Origin: Podarcis filfolensis
Taxonomy: Eukaryota
Length of the DNA: 64,000 nt
Assembly (NCBI GenBank): GCA_964270895.1
Contig: OZ185443.1
Strand: one strand, 5' to 3'
Shown here: one piece after another, positions 26,235 through 37,371 of the stretch
How the letters are laid out: each line of letters begins with the position of its first letter
Position numbering within the stretch: the first letter of the stretch is position 1
Made by a program: the position numbers and the translations under genes
Notes under the pieces: generated by a model
Database searches by the model: none
What the model saw: the letters and a program-made list of their open reading frames with translations, nothing else
Told to the model about the DNA's origin: nothing

Positions 26235-27289
26235 GTAAGAATAACTTTGATCAATGAAAGTAGGGGGGGCTGTACAGAGACTTCAAGCTCATCTATAGAG
26301 CAGCTTGCATTTGAAAGTAACTGGACTTGGTCTTCCTCCTACAGGAAGACATTTCCATATAGCCTTTTTGGGTAAAGCACAGACTCCACCCCTCCCTATT
26401 TTTGCTATGCCCAGACTGATATGCATGTTTCTGGCTGGGACTCCTTACCTCAGTACAAATCTAATAATCTGTTCTTGCCCCTTTCTGTTTGAATATGAAG
26501 CATAATTTGTCCTGATGCTCCACACACCATCAAATTTCCCTCCTCTCTGTTTTCAGCATCTCCATCGTAAGATTTGTTAGTGTGGTTAAATTGTTTGCAT
26601 TCTCATTTTGTGTTGTTTTTCAAGTGCCAAACCCATGAAGTGAAAGGATGTATGTTGCTGCTAGCCATGTTTATCGTGCATTCAGATTAAGAATAATGTA
26701 ATCACCAGCTCTCCATTAGGCTTATGTCAACTGTCTGTAAATTATATAGCAGCAGTAGAAGCCTTCCTTCTTGCCTGGAAACCATGGTTTTGGAAAATGC
26801 TTTGAATTTATTAAGGTACCCCCTAATTGGAAGTGAAAAACAGTCAGGTTACACTGTCACTATCACTGGACTTGTTGTTGTTAAGTGTCATGCAGTGCTT
26901 CAGGAAGCATTCTGTTCTTCAACAAAATCATAGTTTGGTCATTATGTTTCACACTTTCCATTCAGTTGCTAAACTGCAAAAGAGATGCTGTAGGGAACTG
27001 GAACTTGTGTTGTATTGTTTTGTGTTCTGTCAAAAAGAAGAGTCAAGGCCACGAAGTTGTCAACCAACAGACCCCAGCTCTGATGCTTGCCAACTTAAAA
27101 GAGCTTGAGACATGTAAACAAATAAATCGGGATCAAAATGAGATTGTTGTCACACTATTTGGGCTAATCATCTTGTTGTTTGGTTTTTATTAGTAGTACG
27201 TAATTAAGTCAGCACTGGCTGATGAGTACATCACTGAAGCTTTTTTAACGCGTCCTGTGCAGTGACACTCATACTGCTTATTTCCTTAG

Positions 27290-27477
27290 TTCAACAAGTA
27301 CGGCAAGTGACTACAGGAAAAGAAGGAAGTCTGAGCCAGCAGTACCTCATCAGAAGGCACACAGTGATCAAAATGCAAATCGGGCTAGTGTGGGCCATAC
27401 AAATACGCAGAGCACATATTCTACACTTAGGAAGCCTGTTACAACCTCTTCTCCATCGTCTCCATCAAAAGCAAAAG
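27290..27477 (+). CDS. SORBS2: Exon SSTSTASDYRKRRKSEPAV...SSPSSPSKAK (phase 2-1)
   Basis: ttccttag|TTCA ... AAAG|gtaaga; 188 nt; RKRRKSEP motif. Confidence 0.95.
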
Positions 27478-28634
27478 GTAAGAAATTAGCACAGTTGTAA
27501 ACAGGCTACGATGTAATTATACAAACATTCCTTATAAACTGCAAAATATTGTTGAGCTGTTGATGGATGCTGAATGCTATTAGATGGTTAAGCATTCACT
27601 GATCTCCCAAATGTCTACAAGCAAGAAGTCAAAATTCTGTGCTTATATTTATATTCATCCTCTGGGGTTTGGGTATTTTAAAAAGTTCTCTATATGAAGA
27701 TTATTGTGTTTTTTGTTTTTTTAAAATGCAGTCAGCATTTGTGACTGTAATGTATGACATGCCATTTAATTGCATTTCTTCTGTTGTCTGGACAGAAAAG
27801 AATGTTCTATTTTTGAAGATATAAAGAATGTTATACCTTCTGTCATACACAAGAGTTTGAATTAGGATATGGATCTCAAAAATAAATGGGGACACACATT
27901 CCCCCCCCTACATACAATAGAGACCTCCTAGTAGGCTATGGCTGTGGCTACTAGAGCATTATAACAACCAACTCTCATTTGTTCACTGTTAAACTGAATC
28001 CATCATAAATCTTACCAAGGGTGCAGCCTCTTAAGGAAAGGGAAAGATAGTTTAAAAGTGTCTAGGTTAAAAGTCTGTCTCTACATTTCTTGCTATGCCT
28101 TGCTATCAGTTTCTGAACAGGATGTGTGGTTCGACTTGCCTGCTTTGATTGCCCTAAAGAGGTGACATGATCACTGCGTATAAACCCATGGATTTTCATA
28201 TGGTCAGAAATGAGACAGTCCTGGTAGACTTGCTGGAAACAGGTGCTCTGTCCTCCCACCGCAACCTATAAAAATATTTAACTGTTAGTAGAAGCATGAG
28301 ATTCTATTTGCTGAACCTTTATATTTTAACAGTGCAATCCTATACCTGTCTACTCAATCAAAAGTAAGTACCATTGATTTCAATGAGGCTTACACCCAGT
28401 AAGTGTGTAAAGGATTGCAGGCCAGGGTCTAATAAATACTTAGATCTGTTTTTCATCCCCTATGCTTTGGTAATGTGTATCTTACATTAGTGCTTAATGC
28501 TAGGTTAGGAAGACTAACTGCCTTCTCTCTGTTCTTTCTGGCATGTGCTGATTGTCTTATTTCCTATCTACTTTTGAATCTCTTAATTTCTGGCAATGTT
28601 TCTTTTTCACCATGCTGCTCTGTGGATTATAAAG

Positions 28635-30215
28635 GTGGGGATATTAGCAAAGTGTGTTCACCCCTTTCCAGTTACTCAGTGCCCAACTACAGCAGCTCAA
28701 ATGAATTAGATTACTGTAGAACCTATGGACAGCGCTTGGCTGTGCCAAGTGACTCAAGAAGGGCAATCAGCTACAAGAATGGCTGGCAAATGTCCCGTCA
28801 AAATGCAGAAATCTGGAGCAGCACGGAAGAGACTTCCTCTCCCAAGCGGAAATCTCGCAGTTGTGATGACCTGCTAGCAGATGATCGTTGTAGCTTTCCT
28901 GACCCACAGAATAAATCGGAAAGCATGGTGTCTCTGTTATGTGAGGAAGATTCGAAAGGTGGCTCCACACTTACCTGGGCTTCCCCATACGCTTCTGAAA
29001 GCCGTGGCTCCAGTCACTCACGGGCACGTCATAGATCAGCACACGACGCTCCTGGCTTCCTGAAAATGTATAAGAGGATGCACCGTATCAATCGGAAAGA
29101 CTTGCTGAATTCTGAGGTAATCTGTTCTGTAAAGTCCAGGGTATTGCAGTATGAAAAGGAACAGCATAAAGACCTGCTGCAGGGCTGGAAAGACTCCTCT
29201 GCTGAGGAAGTGCCCAGAGACATGGTGCCCAATAGAATATCTGAATTTGAAAAGCTGATTCAGAAATCAAAATCAATGCCAAACTTAGCTGAAGAAGCAC
29301 TGTCAGCAGTAACCCTCCTTGAACCCCCTAAAAATGGCTTCTGTACAAAGAGACGGTTTTCCATAGAGTCCTTGCTGGAGGAGGAAAACCAAGGCAGACA
29401 TGCTACTCAGGTACAACGGAATTACAAATCTAAAACTCTGGTGCCAATTCACATTGAAGTGACCAGTGAGGAACCGCAAAGATCTAATCTGGACTTTTCA
29501 GACAGTGACCAAGATGGGGTGGTCTCTGACCTCAGTGACTTTATACAGATAGAAGGCTCTTCCTTTTGTAGTGAAAGTGATTTTGACCACTTTTCCTTTA
29601 CGTCGTCGGAAAGCTTTTATGGATCGGGCCACCACCACCACCACCACCATCACCATCACAAGCATCTCATCAGCTCCTGCAAAGGGAGGTGCCCAGCATC
29701 ATACACCCGCTTCACCACCATGCGGAAGCATGAAAGGGCTAAACAAGAAACTACACCAGAAGACCCTAGAAGACAAGACTCTGACTCTGGCCTCTCTAAG
29801 ATAGCATTCCTAGTCAGCCCAGTGCCTTTCCGGAGGAAAAAAACAGCAGCCCCCAAAAAGCAGGCTGAAAAGACTAAATGCAAATCAGCTGTCTTTGACG
29901 CTCTGGACTCTGCACTTAAAGATATCTGTGACCAAATCAAAGCAGAAAGAAGAAGGGGAAGCTTGCCTGACAACAGCATCTTGCACAGACTTATTTCTGA
30001 GCTGCTTCCAGACATTCCCGAGAGGAATTCCTCCCTTAAAGCTCTTAGGAAGAGTCCCATGCTCCAGCCTTTTCATCCACTGCCTCAAGATGGTGCTATT
30101 CATTGCCCTTTGTACCAGAATGAATGTGGAAGATTACCACTTAGTGCCTCTTACCAAGACATGGAAACAACCAACAGCAGCAGCCAAGAAAATGATAGTG
30201 CACTATGTTTCCAAG
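28635..30215 (+). CDS. SORBS2: Large cassette exon, 527 codons (nArgBP2-type insert with His10 tract), phase 1-1
   Basis: tataaag|GTGGGGAT ... TTCCAAG|gttgat; 1581 nt, open throughout (within ORF 28475-30220); [26 protein letters not shown]10, [13 protein letters not shown] motifs. Confidence 0.93.
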
Positions 30216-31496
30216 GTTGATTATCTCCTTTTCTTTATGCTTGTGATTGAGTCATCCACCCCCTATCCTTTCACTTCCAGCCCATTGTCATTGCATTTAT
30301 ATTGTGTTTTTAGAAACAAATTGTTTGTTGTGCAAAAAGTCGTAGGAGTGAAAGGCTCATTGATGAGTGTAAAATTAAAGCTATCTGTGCATAGAGATGC
30401 AATTATCAGATCTTCATAGGGTTCTAAAATAGTAAAGTTGTGGTTCATAATGGAAATGAAGGTCACACCCTTGAAAATCTGCTCCCAAGGAAGTGATGTA
30501 ATTTCCTCACCCAGAGTTTTTAAAGGTAAGAAGATGCCTATGATCAGGGCAAAAATATCCCAATAAAATGCATAAGCAGTAGACTATGGGAAGCTATTAG
30601 AGAAGCTATGTTGTGCAATAATAGCATTAAACAATGCAAGAAAAGCTGCTTTTTTAATTGGTTCTAACTAGGCTCACAAAGAGTATGCACAGTTATAGCT
30701 GAAACGTATTTTTGCGTTGCTCAGTCCCCCCCCCCTTTTTAGGTAAATAGAATGTTAGACCCTTTAAGAGAAGTGTCCATTGTACAACAATTCATTTTTG
30801 AGGGTGGCAAAACTAGATCTCTTTAACTATTTTAAAATGCCTCCATTCAGTTTTGAGAGGCACAAATGCCAGAGGACAAAGACAAGGAGTATTGGTAGCC
30901 ATTTCTAACAGTTCCATCTTCCATAACTTAGCTTAACTTCCCATTTTAACAACAACTAAAAGATGTTGGTATATATTAATTGCACAGGATACTATTCTGA
31001 GACGTTCAACTCTACAATGGCCTGTTTTACACATAACACTAATCTATAATTTAGCACTATGTGCACAAGCAGCAGCAAGCCTCAGGCTTGTGTACTCCCC
31101 TCCCCTTCTCCAAGGAAGAATTTGGAAACATCCATTTTTAACTAACTAGTTTTCTGTTGAATCCACGCTCAGAGTGCGCTCTGGTTAGTTTAAACTACGG
31201 GTTGCTGAAACAACTGTCAGCTGTTAGGTGAGGAGGCTGAGCAGCCTCAACAGAGCTCCACTGCCCCTCCGGATCGTAAGAAGACCCTCCCTGGAGCCCA
31301 AAGAGCACATCCTCTTTAGGCTGTGGGGAGGGTCTCCTCACAAGCCACTAGGACTCTCCGGGTGCTCTCCACTTATGTGCATATTCATTCCATAAACATC
31401 TATCCTGGGGGTTTTCTTTCTAGAAATAAAAGTAAGGGTAGGGATGATCTGAGTTTTAATTGTGCAGTTCAGGGAGGACTTTTACTCCTCCTCATA

Positions 31497-31880
31497 GGGA
31501 CGTGGGTGGCACTGTGGTCTAAACCACTGAGCCTCTTGGGCTTGCTGATCAGAAGGTTGGCAGCTTGAATCCACACGATGGGGTGAGCTCCCATTGCTCT
31601 GTCCTAGCTTCTGCCAACCTAGCAGTTTGAAAGCACACCAGTGCAAGTAGATAAACAGGTACCACTGTGGTCAAAGGGTAAATGGCGTTTCCGTGCGCTC
31701 TGGTTTCCGTCCCAGTGTTTCTGTTGTGCCAGAAGCGGTTTAGTCATGCTGGCCAAATGACCCGGAAAGCTGTCTGTGGACAAACACCAGTTCCCTTGGC
31801 CTGAAAGCAAGATGAGTTCCGCACCCCATAGTTGCCTTTGACTGGACTTAACCATCCAGGGGTCCTTTACCTTTTACCCT
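31497..31880 (+). mobile_element. Sauria SINE, near full length
   Basis: tRNA-like head GGGACGTGGGTGGCACTGTGG, core GCAAGTAGATAAACAGGTACC, tail GGGGTCCTTTACCTTTTACC. Confidence 0.88.
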
Positions 31881-32520
31881 ACCTTTTACTCTTCCTCATC
31901 TGCTGTTCTACCACTGTAAATTGCCCCCAAATATGCTCTTTTGGAAAATGGCACCTTCCTGGGGGAACAGGAGCTGTGGGAGTGTTTTTCAGTGAGAAAG
32001 TGGCTCAGAGGTAGATGTTGCAGTTGCGATCCTAGTTGTCTAGTTCTGGACTTATATAAAAGAGGAATGCATACTTATTGATAATCTGAAAAATGTCATG
32101 TAGTTCACCTTTCTGTGATTGTGGCATGTATCCGATACATTCCCTTGCATGTGGTTCCATGTTTAAAATCTTATGATTCATTGCTATGCTTTTCTTACCC
32201 TTCGCATCCTTAATATCTCATTCTTCTGTTCCTTTAGTTGCTCAAATCACTGTTGTACAAGTTAGAATTAGGGTGCTCTGGTCCTGCTTTTGCTCTTTAA
32301 TTGCTCAAGTTCAGTTTTAAAGCATAATGTATTAGTGGAAGAAATTTCCCACCATTCAGTTTTTAGCTTCCATTTGTCCTTTTCATTTGTTGGTTTCTAT
32401 TTTTTTAGCCCCAACTTGCATTTTGCATATAATTTAGATGTAGTGCCCCTTCAAATAGAGCCCAACGGCTTTATTTTTAATTAAACTGAATTTCACAAAG
32501 TGGCATCTTATTTTCAGTAG

Positions 32521-32606
32521 ACCAGGAGTCTCCTGGGAACTATTCTGCTTTCACGGATGTGGGTCGATGTGCTCCGAAGGAAAGAAGAGGAACTCCAGAG
32601 AGAGAG
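32521..32606 (+). CDS. SORBS2: Exon DQESPGNYSAFTDVGRCAPKERRGTPERE (phase 1-0)
   Basis: ttttcagtag|ACCAG ... GAG|gtattt; 86 nt; tandem CAGTAG acceptor. Confidence 0.94.
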
Positions 32607-32739
32607 GTATTTAAAAGAAAATGAATAATTTAAAAGAGTTTGAAGCCAAAAAAGGCATTCTCTGTAGTTGTCACTGACATTTATAAAAGTCCACTGTTTA
32701 GCACCTGGGCAAGAAAAAGTACCATTGATACAAAACAGG

Positions 32740-32941
32740 TACCATATATACTCACGTATAAGCTGACCCGAATATAAGCCTGCTTTCAGGCTGCTCGTTC
32801 CGCTGATGACAACAGCGGCAAAGGCGGAGGAGGAGGAAGGAGCAGCCCAAAAGGACCCTCACTCGAGTATAAGCCGACGGGGGCTTTTTCAGCATAAAAA
32901 ATGTGCTAAAAAAGTTGGCTTATACTCGAGTGTACATGGTA
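32740..32941. mobile_element. Tc2-like MITE
   Basis: TA|CCATATATACTCACGTATAAGC ... GCTTATACTCGAGTGTACATGG|TA. Confidence 0.75.
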
Positions 32942-33798
32942 ATTTATTTGCCAACACAATGGAACTAGGATGGAAAAAGGAAAGGGAGAAGATAGCGAGA
33001 TTCTGGTCCCCAGCAGTCTTGATGTTGTCTCTGAAGGCCTAACAACCTGTAATGTTAAATGCATGAATTGTGTCTCCATTGAGGGGGCTCCATTGACATA
33101 TACATATATGTGAGATTGATGATTATTTGTCACTCTCAACAGTGGCTGGTGTGGCACGCTAGCATTTATGGAGTAAGGCTCACCCTCAGGTTCCCATTGC
33201 ACATTTGATACTCACAGGTACCAAATTAAATAGGTGCCATACCATGCCTGCCAAACATCCCAATTTGAGCAGGGCAGTTCAAATTGGGAGCCTTTGGAAG
33301 GGAGGTGGGCAAGGGCAGGCAGGTGTGAAAGGAGAGGCAGACAATGGAGAATGGATTGGTGGGGCGAGAAAGACTAAAAAGGATTGACACGTGGTCCAGA
33401 GATTGACAATTGGGGGGATCTTCTAATCTGGCATATATATAGGCCACAATCATCGGACTCTGGCCTATCTGTGACTCCTGATTCCTTAACACCATTTCAT
33501 CATCCTGTTAAAAAAAAGTTCATCCTGATTTTCATCCCCCAGGTGTTGGAAAGTATGCCATGCAGTTAAAAAGCAATATAAAAGTCTCTTAAATAAGTTA
33601 ACTGAATAATAGACAGATCATTTATAGCATAAATGCTAATAAGAGACATTGGAGACACTATTATTTTAAAATGTTAGGCCTTTTACTTAAGGGCTTACAT
33701 AAAAAAGATTTTTAAATGGTTTCCTTCTTTGCAAAGTTTTCGACATAACATTTAAATATTTATATTAATGTAGACTCATTTCTTTCCCTCCATTTCAG

Positions 33799-33845
33799 AG
33801 ACTGCCAGCTAGAGCAGTATATGATTTTAAGGCTCAAACCCCTAA
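33799..33845 (+). CDS. SORBS2: SH3-1 start RLPARAVYDFKAQTPK (phase 0-2)
   Basis: catttcag|AGA ... CCTAA|gtaagt; 47 nt. Confidence 0.96.
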
Positions 33846-34360
33846 GTAAGTGACTGCTGTTTTTCCTTTAAAAATTATTATGTATGTTGGAGCTGTTTAC
33901 AGAGGAAACAAGAGCTATATGTAGGACTTTTAATTGCTCTAGATGAGTCTGTATATTAGATGTAGTTAAACTATTGTGGGCTAATTGTGGGATATTTAAG
34001 CATTCTACAATATGCAAATGTTCAGTCATTTAACTTGAATGAGTCTCTGCAGTGTTTAACTGCAAAATAATGCATAGAATCATTCTCATGAAGTATTCAG
34101 CTATATCAAAGGCATAATAAATTTTAGGAAACATAAAATGTTACTGGTTTTTAAAGCTGAAGGGCGATATATATTGTTAGTAACTTAAAAGTCATTAATT
34201 TCAATGGATTTACTCTTAGTTGGATAGCAACTGATAACTCCCCGTCACAATACAGGAAACAGTTTTAAAGTGAACTATGGATATTTATGTGTGATACTAA
34301 AAGTTCATTTTAGCTCCATTTGCACAATGGGAGCACATGAATTGATGCTGCTAATGCAAA

Positions 34361-34584
34361 TACAGTGGTACCTCGTTCTACGAACAGTCCTTTTAACAAA
34401 CTATTCGCACAATGAACTCCGCAAAACTGGAAGTAGGTGTTGCGATTGGCGAACTTTGCCCTGGAAGACGAACGGTGGAAGGGCACCGGCGGTGGGAGGG
34501 AAAGCGTGCCTCGGTTTAAGAACACTTTGGTTTAAGAATGGACTTCCAGAACGAATTAAGTTAGTAGACTGAGGTACCACTGTA
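34361..34584. mobile_element. Tigger/pogo-like MITE
   Basis: TA|CAGTGGTACCTC ... GAGGTACCACTG|TA. Confidence 0.85.
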
Positions 34585-35147
34585 TGGTGTTTTTTCCTGC
34601 TTGCTTGTACATTGTAACCAATATTGTTCTTTTACATTCCTGTTCAGCAAGAGAAATACAAAAATTGAGGAGGGAACCAGAACTAAAGAATGATTTGCCT
34701 TTTCATAATAGAAGGGTATTTCTGTTGCATAAGAAAATTTGTGGTTTTTGTTTGTTTTTTAAAGGCTGACGTTTTCAATAGCACAGTACCAGGATTCAAA
34801 GCAGAAAGTTTCCTGCTGAATATTTGTACAAAACGTTTTGAATTTAGGCTCTGTTAATTATTCAAAACATGACTTGAGTTAACCATAGTTAGATGTTGTA
34901 TATACACCATGCAAACCATAGTTAAAGCTGTTTCTATATCTCCTTCCTTGCAAGGGTTGAGCATGTCTTGCTGGTTATTCGCTAAACATGCCTTGCAAAC
35001 TAAACCATGTTTGAGAACTTAAAGCAAGTTCTCACAGAAAAAAGCATCATAATTGTTTTTATGTTTGCACTAGGCCAATAACATCAAGTAGGGTTTATGT
35101 GCTCATGATTCTCCTTCCACAGACATGGAGGAGGAGGAAGAGGAGGA

Positions 35148-35148
<1 letters not shown>

Positions 35149-35179
<31 letters not shown>

Positions 35180-35197
35180 CATTCAAATCAGATCTCA
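35149..35197. repeat. (TAA)n microsatellite preceded by (GAG)n
   Basis: Seen directly, ~75 nt upstream of the SH3-1 exon. Confidence 0.95.
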
Positions 35198-35271
35198 ATA
35201 TAAAGATCATTTGAAGTACAAAAAATCCAAACAGCTAGCTTAACATTACTGTTTATAAATATCTGTTACAG

Positions 35272-35386
35272 GGAGTTATCCTTTAAGAAAGGCGATACTG
35301 TCTATATCCTCAGGAAAGTGGATCAAAACTGGTATGAGGGCGAACACTATGGAAGAGTTGGGATTTTTCCAATTTCTTACGTTGAG
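35272..35386 (+). CDS. SORBS2: SH3-1 [38 protein letters not shown] (phase 2-0)
   Basis: gttacag|GGAG ... GAG|gtttgt; 115 nt; SH3 WYEG/GIFPxSYV signature. Confidence 0.97.
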
Positions 35387-35490
35387 GTTTGTGTGTATTG
35401 CCATCTTTTCCCCCTCTTCTGTGTTAGCTTTATGGAGTACTTGCGCAAACTGAATAGGCTGATTTAAAGCAACCACCATTCTCTTTCCAG

Positions 35491-35619
35491 AAACTTCTTC
35501 CCCCCGAAAAAGCACAGCCAGCAAGGCCACCACCCCCAGCACACATTGCAGAGATTGGAGAAGCTGTTGCAAAATACAATTTCAATGCAGATACAAATGT
35601 GGAACTGTCACTGAGAAAG
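35491..35619 (+). CDS. SORBS2: Linker and SH3-2 start [16 protein letters not shown]...[16 protein letters not shown] (phase 0-0)
   Basis: ctttccag|AAA ... AAG|gtaagc; 129 nt; preceded by a 104-nt intron. Confidence 0.97.
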
Positions 35620-36441
35620 GTAAGCAATGACTAACAGCTTCTTTGTCAAGTAAGCATTTAAACAGTATTGTTATTCAGAACTAAAATTACCTGAAGTGAT
35701 GGAACGGAACGCTACTGTTTCACGCTGTGGCTGGTGAGATTTGTGGCTCATCAAATAAGAAAACAGGTGAAAAACAAGAGACTAGCCAATTTTTAATAGT
35801 ACCTAGTGTTTCACACATATTTGAAGTGTTCGAAATAATTCACATACGCTGTCTTGCTAATCTCTTTAAAAGGGTCCTATAAGTTAGACAATATATTGTT
35901 TGAAATAAGTGCTGTTGCGCTCAGGTCCTTCCTGCTTGGAGACCTTTCATAGGCGCCTGGTTGGCCAATATGAGAACAGGACTCTGGACTAAATAGGCCT
36001 TTGGCCTTATCCAGCAGGACTCTTCTTATGTTTTTACATGTGTCTCACTTTTCCAGTGTGTTACAGCAACAGTGGAAAATTAAAAATACAATCATATAAA
36101 TTGAATGAAATAAATAACTAGAAACTGTCTCCACTAGTAAGAAAAGTTGCTGTAGAGAGCAGCCGGGGGGAGGGGGGGAGGAATCATTTTTAAAATTATC
36201 TTTCTGGAATAAAAATCAGGAGGAACAATTCCACATTATTCTCATTTTGTGGTTGTGGGCCATTCTGAAAGTACCAAAACCCACCTGGTTGAGGTGAGCT
36301 TTGGGGTTGGAGTTTTCAGGCTCGCAACTCTTACTCTTTGTTACTACACTACCCTGAAAGACCTGAAAGATTGGGTGGTAATGAACATGTGATGCTTTGT
36401 AGAGGATTATCACATCTAAGCTTCCAAGTTTTGCTTTCCAG

Positions 36442-36645
36442 GGAGACAGAGTAATTCTCCTTAGACGGGTTGATCAAAATTGGTATGAAGGCAAACTACC
36501 AGGAACCAACCGACAAGGAATCTTCCCTGTGTCCTATGTGGAAATCATAAAAAAGAATGCCACCAAAGGAGCAGATGTTTCTCCTGTTCCTCCAATACCC
36601 CAGAGTTATTCCAGCGACAGAATACATCATTTAAGTTCAACTAAG
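36442..36645 (+). CDS. SORBS2: SH3-2 [34 protein letters not shown]...[12 protein letters not shown] (phase 0-0)
   Basis: ctttccag|GGA ... AAG|gtaagg; 204 nt. Confidence 0.97.
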
Positions 36646-37108
36646 GTAAGGAGAACTTTGATCTTTTCAAACATGTCTAGAATATTCCTATGCACAGACC
36701 TTGAGCCAAATTAACCAGAGGAATCGGTACATATTTATTGAAACGATCAAGCACACAGCACTACTACACTTACAACACTTTCCTCTATGAAAACACAAAT
36801 GCATAGTTTTTTGTTTGCAGTATTTATATCAAAAAAAGTTCTCCCCGTTGTGTTACCTTTATGTTTTAAAAAATGTTTCCTTTTTGTTTTTTAAAAAATG
36901 ATTCTCAGAGTTTGTTAGCACTAACCGTATTAAAGCCAATGGAAATCCACTTCATTTGCTACCATTTATTGTAAGCTGCTTCCACTTCGTCCAGTTTCTT
37001 GCTCCCGTAAATGCAATGTGGATTGGTCAAATTGAAGGTTCCTCTTTTCTCGTGTATAAACCTGTGATGGGGAAGAAGTTTGGTTGAGTTTTCAGGTTAA
37101 GGTGAACT

Positions 37109-37371
37109 TACCGTATTTTTTGCTCTGTAAGACTCACTTTTTCCCTCCTAAAAAGCAAGGGGAAATGTGTGTGCGTCTTATGGAGCGAATGGAGGCTGCA
37201 CAACTATCCCAGAAGCCAGAACAGCAAGAGGGATTGCTGCTTTCACTGCGCAGCGATCCCTCTTGCTGTTCTGGCTTCTGAGATTCAGAATATTTTTTTT
37301 CTTGTTTTCCTCCTCCAAAAACTAGGTGCGTCTTGTGGTCTGGTGCGTCTTATAGAGCGAAAAATACAGTA
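37109..37371. mobile_element. Short copy of the same Tc2-like MITE family as 3204-4137
   Basis: TA|CCGTATTTTTTGC ... GCGAAAAATACAG|TA; terminal ~75 bp closely similar to the long copy. Confidence 0.85.

Noticed and set aside
28475-28634. N-terminal 53 aa of the 581-aa ORF
   Set aside because: This is the intronic pyrimidine tract, open because it is AG-free and pyrimidine-rich; similarity to SORBS2 starts at the 28635 acceptor
29656-30060. 134-aa antisense ORF
   Set aside because: Shadow of the coding exon on the opposite strand
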